Shown here in pieces: positions 28,139 through 36,980 of a stretch of DNA of 64,000 bases. The position numbers and the translations under genes were made by a program. Positions within the stretch are counted from its first letter, which is position 1. Every line of letters begins with the position of its first letter. The notes under the pieces were generated by a model, which searched no databases, had not been told where the DNA came from, and saw only the letters and a list, made by a program, of their open reading frames with translations. The stretch lies in contig CAWCUS010000006.1 in NCBI GenBank assembly GCA_963798845.1, forward strand, positions 704,001 through 768,000, in the 5' to 3' direction. This stretch comes from an uncultured Gemmatimonadales bacterium. GTDB lineage: Bacteria; Gemmatimonadota; Gemmatimonadetes; Longimicrobiales; RSA9.

Positions 28139-29167
28139 ATGGCTCGACAGAAACGGTGGATGCGGCAGCCGCTCTCGTGGCGGCGCGGAGGCGCCATAGC
28201 ACTGCTGGTGCTCCTGATCGTGGCCGCCGCCTCGATCTACCTGGACAATGCCGGGACCACGGAGCTCCAGCCGGTGATCGATCGCATGAAGAGCCGCGGC
28301 AAGGAGCCGGCGGAGCTGGTGGCGACCATCGGGCGCAGTGCGCGGGTCGTGCTCCTCTCGGACGAGCACGGCCAGGTGGCGCCGAAACGGGTGGCGGCAT
28401 CCGCGATCCGCGCCATGGCCAGCGGCGCGGGGCTCGACGCCGTCGTCCTCGAGGTGCCGAGCGACGAGCAGCCCTACATAGACTCCTATCTCGCCAGCCC
28501 GGATGACAACGCCACGGTGCTGCTCTCCCGCCCGGCCGCCGTGCGGGAAGCGGACGGCACGGCGCGCGCCTACCTCGAGATCTATCGGGCCGTTCGGGCG
28601 GTGAACCGTGAGGTCGGGGCGGCCCGGCGCGTGGGGATCATCGCCGCGGATCTTCCCGGCTGGCCGCCGCCCGAAGGGACGCCGCCCGAGCGGGTGGCGG
28701 CCATGTACGCTCGCCGGCCCGCGCACATGCTGCGTCAGCTCGACGAGCGGCTTCTGTCCATCAATCCCGAGGCTCGCCTGCTGGTTTTCGTCGACGGGTA
28801 CCTCACGCTGCACGGCACCCGGGGAGAGCTCCGCTCGGCCGGAGGACGCGCGCAGGAAGTGACGTGGCTGGGGGACCTCCTGCGGCGCCGAGACGCGGGC
28901 GACACGCGCACCGTTCTGCTGGACGCGGGGCGACCCGGCGCCGGCGTGCTCGGGTCACTGCCCGAATACCGCGGCACCGCCCTCTTCCGCCCGCTGGGTC
29001 GCGCGCTCGGGAACGCGACCGGTATGCGCGTGGACGAATCCTTCGACGAGGTCACGGACCCCGTGCTCACGCCCGCGTCGCCGGGCCTGACTCTGGAGAT
29101 CCTGCCGCACGGGTACACGATGCACGACATCGCCGACGGCTACGTTTTCCTGGGAACGGAGCGGTAA
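28139..29167 (+). CDS. Membrane-anchored hypothetical protein, possibly EreA/ChaN-like fold
   Basis: N-terminal TM; VVLLSDEHG, VVLEVP, IIAADLP, RPAHMLRQL, terminal DGYVFLG resemble degenerate erythromycin-esterase/ChaN motifs. Confidence 0.6.
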   Translation: MARQKRWMRQPLSWRRGGAIALLVLLIVAAASIYLDNAGTTELQPVIDRMKSRGKEPAELVATIGRSARVVLLSDEHGQVAPKRVAASAIRAMASGAGLDAVVLEVPSDEQPYIDSYLASPDDNATVLLSRPAAVREADGTARAYLEIYRAVRAVNREVGAARRVGIIAADLPGWPPPEGTPPERVAAMYARRPAHMLRQLDERLLSINPEARLLVFVDGYLTLHGTRGELRSAGGRAQEVTWLGDLLRRRDAGDTRTVLLDAGRPGAGVLGSLPEYRGTALFRPLGRALGNATGMRVDESFDEVTDPVLTPASPGLTLEILPHGYTMHDIADGYVFLGTER

Positions 29168-29225
29168 GGGAGCGTAGGCGCCGGCCGGCAGGGGTCGGGC
29201 CCACCGGCGCCTCCGTCCGATCGGC

Positions 29226-29441
29226 TCACGCCTGCTCCGCGGCCTGGTAGCCGGCGTCCGCCACCGCCGCGCTCATCTCCCGCGGGCTGGTCAGGCTCTC
29301 GTCGTAGTCCACCAGCGCCTTGCCGTCGTCCAGTTGCACGCGCGCACTGCGCACGCCGGACAGACCCTCCAGCGCGCTCTTCACGGTGTGCACGCAGTGG
29401 TGGCACGTCATGCCCGTCACATTCAATGTCGTTCTCGCCAT
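29226..29441 (-). CDS. copZ: Copper chaperone (HMA domain)
   Basis: GMTCHHCV metal motif; AVADAGY; 71 aa; downstream of the P1B ATPase. Confidence 0.9.
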   Translation of the reverse strand: MARTTLNVTGMTCHHCVHTVKSALEGLSGVRSARVQLDDGKALVDYDESLTSPREMSAAVADAGYQAAEQA

Positions 29442-29472
29442 TGTCGGCTCCCTTCGTTCAGGTTTCAGGAAA

Positions 29473-32061
29473 TCACCGGACCATCGTCGCCCTGCCCAGC
29501 CTGCGCAGACGCAGCGAGTTGCTCACCACGCTCACGGAGCTCATCGCCATGGCGGCGCTCCCGATCACGGGCGAGAGGAGGATCCCCCAGACCGGGTACA
29601 GCACGCCGGCCGCGATAGGGATCCCGATCGCATTGTAAATGAAGGCCCAGAACAGGTTCTGTTTGATCACGCGCATGGTTCGGCGCGACAGGTGGATGGC
29701 GTCGGGAACGCCGTTGAGGTCTCCGCCCATGAGCGTGATGTCGGAGGCCTCGAGCGCCACGTCGGTCCCGGTGCCAATGGCGATGCCGATGTCGGCCTGC
29801 GCGAGGGCAGGGGCGTCGTTCAGGCCGTCGCCCACCATGCCCACCTTGCGGCCATCCGACTGCAGCCGCCGGATCTCATCGACCTTCGCCTTCGGCAGCA
29901 CCTCCGCCACCACCCGGTCCACCCCCACGTCCGCGGCAATGGCTTCGGCCGTGGCGCGGTGGTCCCCGGTGAGCATCACCACCTCCAGTCCCATGGACCG
30001 GAGACGGCGGATCGCCGCCGCGCTCGACGGCTTCACCGGGTCCGCGATCCCGATCACGCCCAGCACCCGACCCTCGCTTCCCACGAACACCGGCGTCCTC
30101 GCCTTCGCCGCCATCCCCTCTGCGGCCTCCGCCAGCGCCCCGGGCTCCATGTCCTGCTCGGCCATGAACGCGCGGTTGCCCACGAACACCAGACGTCCGT
30201 CCACCACGGCTTCCGCTCCGCGGCCAGCCGTCGCGTAGAAATCCGCCGGCTCCGCGAGGAAGAGCTCGCGGGCGCGCGCTGCGTCCAGGATGGCGGCGGC
30301 GAGCGGGTGCTCGGACGCGGTCTCCAGCGATGCGGCCAGGCGGAGCAGCTCGTCGTCCGAGAAGCCGTCGCCGGACACGACCTCCACCACCGCCGGCTTC
30401 CCCTCGGTGATGGTCCCCGTCTTGTCCAGCACGATGGTGTCAAGCTTGTGGGCGGTCTCGAGCGACTCGCCACCCTTGAACAGCACGCCCCGCTCGGCGC
30501 CGGCGCCAGTCCCGGCCATGACAGCCGTGGGCGTGGCCAGCCCCATGGCGCACGGGCACGCAATGATCAGCACCGTGACGAACGTGACCAGCGCGTACAT
30601 GAACGCCGGCTGAGGCCCCACGATCCACCAGGCGGCCGCCGCGACCAGCGCGATGCCGATGACGACGGGCACGAAGATCCCGGCGATGACGTCCGCCAGC
30701 CGCTGGATCGGCGCCTTCGAGCCCTGGGCGTCGCGCACCAGCTTGACGATCTGGGCCAGCGCCGTGTCGCGCCCCACCTTCGTCGCCTGGAACCGGAAGC
30801 TCCCCTGGCCGTTCATCGTGCCGCCCACCACCTCGTCGCCCTCCGCTTTCCCGACCGGTAGCGACTCGCCCGTGAGGAGCGACTCGTCCACCGCGCTCCG
30901 CCCTTCCACGACCCGGCCGTCCACCGGGATCCGCTCGCCCGGTCGCACGACGACAATGTCTCCGACGACTACATCGTCAATGTCCACGTCCGCCGCTTCG
31001 CCGCCCCGGACCACGCGCGCGACGCGCGGCTGGAGACCGGCCATCTTGCGGATCGCCTCGCTGGTGCGCCCCTTCGCCCTCGCCTCAAGCATCTTCCCGA
31101 GCAGGATCAGGGCGATGATCATGACCACCGCCTCGTAGTACACGTCCGCCGGGAGCCCCGCCCGTGTGAAGACCCCGGGCGCCACCGTGGCCACGATGCT
31201 GTACAGGAACGCGGCGCCGGTGCCCACCGCGATCAGCGTGTTCATGTCCGAGCTGGCGTGGAGAAGGCCGCTCCACGCGCCCTTGTAGAACTGACGGCCG
31301 GCCCAGAAGACCACGGGGAGGGTCAACCCCAGCAGGATCCAGGTCAGCACCCGTGGATCGATGGCGTAGAGCCACGGAAGCGCCGAGGCGAGGACCTGGT
31401 TCACCGGCGCCATCAGATGATGGAACAGGTCGTTCTGCATCGCCGCGGAGTCGCGCGCCATCAGCGGCATGGACGCCAGCATCGCGAACACGCTCACCAC
31501 CGCCGCCAGGGAGAACTTGCTGCGCAGCGTCCGGTAGTCCCGCTCCCGCGCGATTCGCTCCCGCTCTGCCGGGTCCGCCACGTCCACGGGCGCCGCCAGC
31601 CTGTAGCCGGCCGCCTCCACCGCCGCCTCGAAGTCCTGCGGCGTCACGACGTCCGGGAGGTAGACGACCCGGGCCGTGCCGGTCGCGATGTTCACCGCCG
31701 CCGCCAGCACGCCCGTCAGCTGCTTCAGCTCGCCTTCGATCCCGCCTCCCGTCACCGCCATCTCCAGCCCCGCCACCTGGAGCTCGGTCTCCTCCAGGCG
31801 CGCGCCGTACCCCGCCGAGCGAATGGCGTCGACCAGGGACGTGGCGCTCGCCGACGACGGGTCGTACTCCACCGTCGCCCGCTCGGTGGCGAAGTTCACC
31901 CCCGCCGCCCGCACCCCCGCCGCTTTCGACAGCCCCTTCTGGACCCGCGACGCGCACGCCGCGCACGTCATCCCGGTCACCGGGATCTCCAGCTTCGCGA
32001 AGCCGGACGTGCGGCGCCCCTCTCCGTCCGCCTTCGTGGCCGTTGCAGTGCCATCCACCAT
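29473..32061 (-). CDS. copA: Copper-translocating P1B-type ATPase
   Basis: [33 protein letters not shown] and MAMSS Cu(I) signatures. Confidence 0.96.
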   Translation of the reverse strand: MVDGTATATKADGEGRRTSGFAKLEIPVTGMTCAACASRVQKGLSKAAGVRAAGVNFATERATVEYDPSSASATSLVDAIRSAGYGARLEETELQVAGLEMAVTGGGIEGELKQLTGVLAAAVNIATGTARVVYLPDVVTPQDFEAAVEAAGYRLAAPVDVADPAERERIARERDYRTLRSKFSLAAVVSVFAMLASMPLMARDSAAMQNDLFHHLMAPVNQVLASALPWLYAIDPRVLTWILLGLTLPVVFWAGRQFYKGAWSGLLHASSDMNTLIAVGTGAAFLYSIVATVAPGVFTRAGLPADVYYEAVVMIIALILLGKMLEARAKGRTSEAIRKMAGLQPRVARVVRGGEAADVDIDDVVVGDIVVVRPGERIPVDGRVVEGRSAVDESLLTGESLPVGKAEGDEVVGGTMNGQGSFRFQATKVGRDTALAQIVKLVRDAQGSKAPIQRLADVIAGIFVPVVIGIALVAAAAWWIVGPQPAFMYALVTFVTVLIIACPCAMGLATPTAVMAGTGAGAERGVLFKGGESLETAHKLDTIVLDKTGTITEGKPAVVEVVSGDGFSDDELLRLAASLETASEHPLAAAILDAARARELFLAEPADFYATAGRGAEAVVDGRLVFVGNRAFMAEQDMEPGALAEAAEGMAAKARTPVFVGSEGRVLGVIGIADPVKPSSAAAIRRLRSMGLEVVMLTGDHRATAEAIAADVGVDRVVAEVLPKAKVDEIRRLQSDGRKVGMVGDGLNDAPALAQADIGIAIGTGTDVALEASDITLMGGDLNGVPDAIHLSRRTMRVIKQNLFWAFIYNAIGIPIAAGVLYPVWGILLSPVIGSAAMAMSSVSVVSNSLRLRRLGRATMVR

Positions 32062-32069
32062 GATTGCCC

Positions 32070-32381
32070 TTACTCCCGCACGTGCCTGTACATCAGGTCC
32101 ATCACCTCGTCGTACGTCCGCTCCGCCGCGACCGGATCGCCCGAGCGCAGCGCGTCCGTCACGCAGTGCTGAAGGTGGCTCCGCATCAGCAGCTTCCCGA
32201 CCCCCCGCAACGCGGCGTGAACCGACGCGATCTGCGTCAGGATGTCCGGGCAGTAGCGTCCCTCATCCACCATCTTCTCGATCCCGCGGACTTGCCCTTC
32301 GATCCGCTTCAGCCGCCTCGCCGCGGCCTCCCGCGTCTCTGGCTTTTCGGCCAGAGCGCCGTGGGTTGAATGGTCTTGCAT
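32070..32381 (-). CDS. csoR: CsoR family copper-sensing repressor
   Basis: [12 protein letters not shown]...RYCPDIL...HLQHCV (C-H-C ligands); GGGAG RBS. Confidence 0.92.
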   Translation of the reverse strand: MQDHSTHGALAEKPETREAAARRLKRIEGQVRGIEKMVDEGRYCPDILTQIASVHAALRGVGKLLMRSHLQHCVTDALRSGDPVAAERTYDEVMDLMYRHVRE

Positions 32382-32498
32382 GTCGTATCTCCCCAGTCTC
32401 CCCGGTCGATCGGATACGATCCGGACAGGCCACGGCCGCTTCGCGGCCTTCCTCCGCCAGCTGTGCCTCTGTAGCGGCTCCAACCCGCCGCGGAATCG

Positions 32499-32537
32499 GT
32501 ACCCCCCTACCCTATGTAAGTGCCGGGAACCGGTCAA
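32499..32537 (-). promoter_or_regulatory. csoR-copA-copZ promoter overlapping a G/C-tract operator
   Basis: Minus strand TTGACC (32537-32532), 17 nt, TAGGGT (32514-32509); GTACCCCCCTACCCTAT (32499-32515) resembles CsoR/RcnR/FrmR-family operators. Confidence 0.7.
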
Positions 32538-32551
32538 GGGGAGGTGGAGAG

Positions 32552-32591
32552 CGTGAAGCCGGGCCAGGGTGGCCGTGAAGCCGGGCCAGGG
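32552..32591. repeat. 18-bp direct repeat, two copies, 22-bp period
   Basis: CGTGAAGCCGGGCCAGGG at 32552-32569 and 32574-32591. Confidence 0.8.
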
Positions 32592-32682
32592 GGGCCGCGA
32601 CCCGCACGCAGCCGCGTGCCCGCCGGGGGCGCCTCGGCGCGCGTCCCGCCCGTGGCATGCCTCGTGAAACGAAGCGGAGCCC

Positions 32683-33687
32683 ATGACCGAACGACAGGGC
32701 TGGTGGCGACGGTTGGGCGACAAGGACTCCGGGTTCCGCTACGAGAAGGTGGACGGAGGCGAGCTCGTGTGGGAGGCAGGGCTGTCGCGGATCGAGCGGC
32801 TGGCGATCCCGCCGGGATGGACGGACGTGCACATCGCACCGACCTCGCAGCGGAAGGTACAGGCGTGGGGGCGGGATGCGGCGGGTCGGAAGCAGTACAT
32901 CTACAGCGAGGAAGCGGTGGAGGCGCGTCAGGCGCGGAAGTGGGCGAGGGTGCTCGCTTACGCGCGCGTGGTGCCTCGCCTGCGCGCGGCGACGAACGAG
33001 CATCTGAAGCGGGAGGGTCCCGGGCCGGAGAAGGTCCTGGCGACGGTGGTGCGTCTGATGAGCCGGTCGTTCTTCCGGATCGGGAGCGAGCGGTACGCGG
33101 TGGAGAACCGGACGTTCGGGATTGCGACGCTGAAGAAGCGACACCTGGAGATCCGCGGAACGGACCTCATCTTCACATACCGGGGGAAGCGGCGTAAGGA
33201 CCAGCGGCGGGTGGTGGCGGACACGCCGCTGGTAGAGATTCTCCGTGAGATCAAGGGACTGCCGGGGTCGCGGCTGTTCCGCTATCGCAACGGGGAAGGG
33301 AGCGTGTGCAACGTCACGGCGAAGCAGGTGAACCGCTATATCAAGGAGATCGTGGGGGAGCGCTACACGTCGAAGGACCTGCGCACGTTCGGGGGGACGG
33401 TGAGGGCGGCGACGATCCTGGCGGACATCGGTTCGGCGTCGAGCGACCGCGAGGCGCACAGGAATACGGTGCTGACTGCACGGCTGGTGGCGAGCGAGCT
33501 CGGGAACACGCCGGCGATCGCGCGCAGCGCCTACATCCATCCGGCGGTGTTCGAGGAGTACGAGTCGGAGGGACGGACGATCGAGCCGCTGATGCGGAAG
33601 CAGGAGCGTGCGGTGCACTCGCAGGAGCCTGTGGAGTACTACCCGGAGGAAGCCGCGCTCATGCGTTTTCTGGAGCGGTACGGGTGA
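32683..33687 (+). CDS. DNA topoisomerase IB (bacterial, poxvirus-like)
   Basis: LAIPPGWTDVHI, GRDAAGRKQYIY, FRIGSERY, YRGK, TSKDLRTF, LGNTPAIARSAYI catalytic residues. Confidence 0.93.
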   Translation: MTERQGWWRRLGDKDSGFRYEKVDGGELVWEAGLSRIERLAIPPGWTDVHIAPTSQRKVQAWGRDAAGRKQYIYSEEAVEARQARKWARVLAYARVVPRLRAATNEHLKREGPGPEKVLATVVRLMSRSFFRIGSERYAVENRTFGIATLKKRHLEIRGTDLIFTYRGKRRKDQRRVVADTPLVEILREIKGLPGSRLFRYRNGEGSVCNVTAKQVNRYIKEIVGERYTSKDLRTFGGTVRAATILADIGSASSDREAHRNTVLTARLVASELGNTPAIARSAYIHPAVFEEYESEGRTIEPLMRKQERAVHSQEPVEYYPEEAALMRFLERYG

Positions 33688-33786
33688 GCCGGCGTTCAAG
33701 TTCCGGCGGCACGCGCGTTACCTTTGAGTGAAACCCGGCCGCCCCGGCCGGGCGTAGATGGTGTAGCACAGGGGAGCCTCCGCACG

Positions 33787-34488
33787 ATGCCACGAAACGC
33801 TCGACAGCTGGACCCGGATCGCCGCTTCGGCCGAGCCCTCGGCTGGGCCCTGGCGATCTCCGTCCTGGTGCACGCCGCGGCATTCCTCTACTTCGACGCG
33901 AATCCGCTGCCGCGCCTGCCGCTGGCCGCGGCCGGCGAGCAACGGGGCGATTCCCGGGCCGCGCGCGGCGGCGGCATGCAGGAGGTCGCTCTCGAGCCGC
34001 CCTCGGCGCCCACCCCGCCCGCGCCCGTTCAGGTCCGGCCGGTGGTGGAGACGCCCGACGTGGAGCAGCCGGTCCCCGAGGAAGTCCCGGACGAGCTGCC
34101 GGCGGTGGCGCTGGTTCGAGGGCCTCGCACGTCCGGCGGAGCAGGCCCGCTGCCGGAGATCGGAGTCGGCGCCGGCGACGGTTCCGGCGCCGGTGGTGGC
34201 GGGACGGCGTCGTCCGGCCGGAGCGGCGTGGTCCCTCCTCGCCCGCGCGGGATGATCCTCCCTCCGGGCGATCGTCCGGATCAGGTACGCGGCAAGGAAG
34301 TCGACGTCTGGGTGTTCGTAGCGCCGAACGGCCATGTGGTCGCCGACTCGACGCGCCTCGATCCATCGACGGGCGATCGGTCTTTCGACCGCCGGCTGCG
34401 AGAGCACGCCGCCGCCTGGATCTTCGAGGCGGCGAAGAAGAACGGCCGGGCGGTGGCGGACTGGTTCCGCTACACGATCGTCATGTAG
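33787..34488 (+). CDS. TonB-like energy transducer / membrane-anchored Pro-rich protein
   Basis: TM with SVLVH motif, Pro/Glu-rich linker, C-terminal VWVFVAPNGHV...STGDRSFD...WIFEAAKKNGRAV; start uncertain. Confidence 0.7.
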   Translation: MPRNARQLDPDRRFGRALGWALAISVLVHAAAFLYFDANPLPRLPLAAAGEQRGDSRAARGGGMQEVALEPPSAPTPPAPVQVRPVVETPDVEQPVPEEVPDELPAVALVRGPRTSGGAGPLPEIGVGAGDGSGAGGGGTASSGRSGVVPPRPRGMILPPGDRPDQVRGKEVDVWVFVAPNGHVVADSTRLDPSTGDRSFDRRLREHAAAWIFEAAKKNGRAVADWFRYTIVM

Positions 34489-34507
34489 CGGAACCCGGAA
34501 CACGTCC

Positions 34508-34972
34508 GTGAGCCACGCGTACCGAACCGAGATGGAAGTCCGCTGGGCGGACCTGGACGCCAACGGCCACGTCCGGAACACCGCCTACAGCGAGTTCGCG
34601 ACGCACGCCCGGCTTCGTTTCCTGGCATCCCGCGGATTCCCGCCGGAGCGTTTCACCACGATGGGGATGGGCCCGATCTTTTTCCGGGAGGAGACGGTCT
34701 TCCGGCGGGAGCTCCACCTGGGTGACACGGTCACCATCGAGATCCTCTCCCACGGGCTGGCGCCCGACGTCTCGCGCTGGCGGGTGATCCACAGGATCCT
34801 GCGGCCGGACGGCGAGGAGGCCGCCCGGGTCACGGTGGAGGGGGCGTGGATGGATCTGGCGGCCCGGAAGCTTGCCGCTCCGCCGGGCGACCTTGCCGAC
34901 GCGCTCCGGGACCTGCCGCGCAGCGAGGAGTTCGAGGACCTGCGGTCCGTCCTGCGCCGGGCATCCGGGTAG
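34508..34972 (+). CDS. Acyl-CoA thioesterase (hotdog fold)
   Basis: VRWADLDANGHVRNTAY, GPIFFREE, GAWMDLAARKL. Confidence 0.88.
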   Translation: MSHAYRTEMEVRWADLDANGHVRNTAYSEFATHARLRFLASRGFPPERFTTMGMGPIFFREETVFRRELHLGDTVTIEILSHGLAPDVSRWRVIHRILRPDGEEAARVTVEGAWMDLAARKLAAPPGDLADALRDLPRSEEFEDLRSVLRRASG

Positions 34973-35061
34973 CGGGGCCACCACGCGATCGGGCGCCGCA
35001 AGCCTCACGGCTCGCGGCGCCCGGGCGCCAGCGGCGGCGGCCTCCGCCCTGCCTCAGACCT

Positions 35062-35745
35062 TCAGGACCCCGGAGCGACCGGCGTTCCCTTCCAGTAGAG
35101 CGTCGCCGGCACCACGTTGCAGTTGAACGCGAAGCCGAGATCGATCTCGGTCGCGTCGCCGGCCGCTACGGCGGTTTCGATCTGCGCGTCTGTGGTGAGG
35201 TGCGTGCGGGCCGCCTCCTTGCTCGTGAACACCACCTCGATCACTTCCCAGGCGATGTTGAAGTCGGGTCCTCCCGGTGGGTCCGCGACGTGGTCGTGGC
35301 CGAGGTTCGTCGGGTCGCTGCCGTAGACGTCAGGCATGGCATCCATGGCCACCTGCGCCACGAGGCCGTCGTGGTCGGGGCAGTTTCCCGGTACACCCAT
35401 GCAGTTGAGGACGCCCACGTCCGCATCCGCAGGATACTCCACCAGATACAACGGTGAGACCGCATGCGCGTTTGCCTTGGACGGCAACGGGGCGTGAATG
35501 GGCGTGAGCAGGTACATCAGCTCGCCGCTGTCCGCGTTGTATGCGGGCTCGATGGCGACCTGGCCGAAGATGCGCTCGCCGGTGGGCATCTCGCTCGCCG
35601 GTGCGAACGAGGCCGCGGCGGCCGCCATGGCCGTCGGTGCGGCCGGGGCGGGTGGGGGCGAGGTGGGGGAGTCGGCACTGCACGCGGCCACCAGGGGAAC
35701 GACGACGGCGGCTGCCAGCGCCCGCGAGAAGGTACGGGTCTTCAC
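35062..35745 (-). CDS. Hypothetical Cys/His-rich lipoprotein (227 aa)
   Basis: AAGGAG RBS then GTG; signal KTRTFSRALAAAVVVPLVAAC; NCMGVPGNCPDHD, GHDHV, FNCNV motifs. Confidence 0.75.
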   Translation of the reverse strand: MKTRTFSRALAAAVVVPLVAACSADSPTSPPPAPAAPTAMAAAAASFAPASEMPTGERIFGQVAIEPAYNADSGELMYLLTPIHAPLPSKANAHAVSPLYLVEYPADADVGVLNCMGVPGNCPDHDGLVAQVAMDAMPDVYGSDPTNLGHDHVADPPGGPDFNIAWEVIEVVFTSKEAARTHLTTDAQIETAVAAGDATEIDLGFAFNCNVVPATLYWKGTPVAPGS

Positions 35746-35810
35746 GACGATCTCCTTAACCTGAGGAGCAGTTGTGCCGCGCAAGGGCGGCATTTTGCGC
35801 GTGAGTGCGC

Positions 35811-35845
35811 AAAAACAACAAAGGTCCCGGTGCGAACGGGACCTT
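35811..35845 (-). terminator. Intrinsic terminator-like hairpin in the lipoprotein leader
   Basis: AAGGTCCCG (35821-35829) pairs with CGGGACCTT (35837-35845); TGTTGTTTTT follows on the minus strand. Confidence 0.55.
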
Positions 35846-36093
35846 GCGTGGGTCGGCCGGGACCGCCGCACGTCCGACGATCCTGGAGAGCTTGTACAGC
35901 AACTCTCATGGACGAACATGGAAGGTTCAAGGCCGGATCGAGCAGAATTCGAGGTCTGACGCGGACCAGAATCCGCCCCGGCAGGTACTCTGGTGCGGCA
36001 TACGCCACGGGCGTAGCGTTGTGTGGCCGGCGGTCGGCGGGGAACAGGGAAGCGAAGAGAGCCAGCCTTTCTCGGCGGCGAGAGGAGAAGCCA

Positions 36094-36864
36094 CTGCCCA
36101 GACTCGTTGCGCGTCCCGGGGCTCGTGCCGCCCTGGAGCGGTGGCTCGAAACGTCCGGCTCGCTCATGGCCGCTGCGGCCGCCAGCCCGGACGCGCGCCC
36201 TCTCCAGGGCCGTGGCACGGTCTACGTGTTGCCCCGGCCGGACGGCGGCGCCGGGCGGTGGGTGGTCAGACACTATCACCGGGGCGGGGCGGTGGCCGGC
36301 AACCTCGGAGACCGCTATCTGCGCCTCGGGACGCCGAGGCCCTTCCGGGAGTTCCACGTCTCGGCCAAGCTGCAGGAGCTGGGCATCCCCGCGCCGGCGC
36401 CGGTAGGCGCGGCCGTGTACCCTTCGGGCATCTGGTACCGCGGCGACCTGGTGACGGAATGGATCCCGGCGTCGCGCGACCTGGCAGAAGTGCTGTTCGA
36501 GGGCGCGCCCGCGGATGGTGGGCCGGGGCGGGAATCCGAAGGGGGCGAAGAGTCCGGCGGCGTCCCGGCCGGGGGCGCTGCGGCGCTGGAAGCTGCGGGG
36601 CGGCTGCTTCGTCGCCTGCACGACGCGGGCGTGCGGCACCCGGACCTCAACCTCAAGAACATCCTGGTCGTGGAGCGCGACGATGGTCCGGCTGCTTTCG
36701 TGATCGACCTGGACGGCGTGCGGGTCGGGGAACCCGTCGAGGCGGCCGGGCGTCGTCGCATGATCGAGCGGTTCTGGCGCTCGGCCCGGAAATGGGAGCG
36801 ACGAACCGGGCGCGTGCTCGACGGCGCCGCGCACGCCGCCTTCGAAGCAGGTTACGGAAGCTGA
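36094..36864 (+). CDS. kdkA: Kdo kinase / lipopolysaccharide kinase family
   Basis: GRGTVY, WVVRHYHRGG, RPFREF, YRGDLVTEWI, HDAGVRHPDLNLKNIL, VIDLD; start uncertain (CTG 36094 after GAGGAG, or ATG 36166). Confidence 0.8.
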   Translation: MPRLVARPGARAALERWLETSGSLMAAAAASPDARPLQGRGTVYVLPRPDGGAGRWVVRHYHRGGAVAGNLGDRYLRLGTPRPFREFHVSAKLQELGIPAPAPVGAAVYPSGIWYRGDLVTEWIPASRDLAEVLFEGAPADGGPGRESEGGEESGGVPAGGAAALEAAGRLLRRLHDAGVRHPDLNLKNILVVERDDGPAAFVIDLDGVRVGEPVEAAGRRRMIERFWRSARKWERRTGRVLDGAAHAAFEAGYGS

Positions 36865-36980
36865 CGCCGGGGGCGGCGCGCGGCTTCGCCGGAATTCCGT
36901 GCGGACGGCAACCCTGAAGCGGGATGGTGCATCAAAGGATTCACCGTCCGTCGTCATCCCTTTGTCCCGAGGTGCAGTCC

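Noticed and set aside
5504..32591. Short direct repeats (5504, 11349, 18753, 32552) as a possible CRISPR array
   Set aside because: Only 2-4 adjacent copies each, unrelated to one another, no unique spacers and no cas genes.
32683..33687. Possible phage integrase
   Set aside because: Motifs match topoisomerase IB; no att sites or phage genes.
35900..35945. 6S RNA, suggested by a GGTTCAAG segment
   Set aside because: No matching partner strand or long irregular hairpin could be established by eye; kept only as an unassigned structured region.
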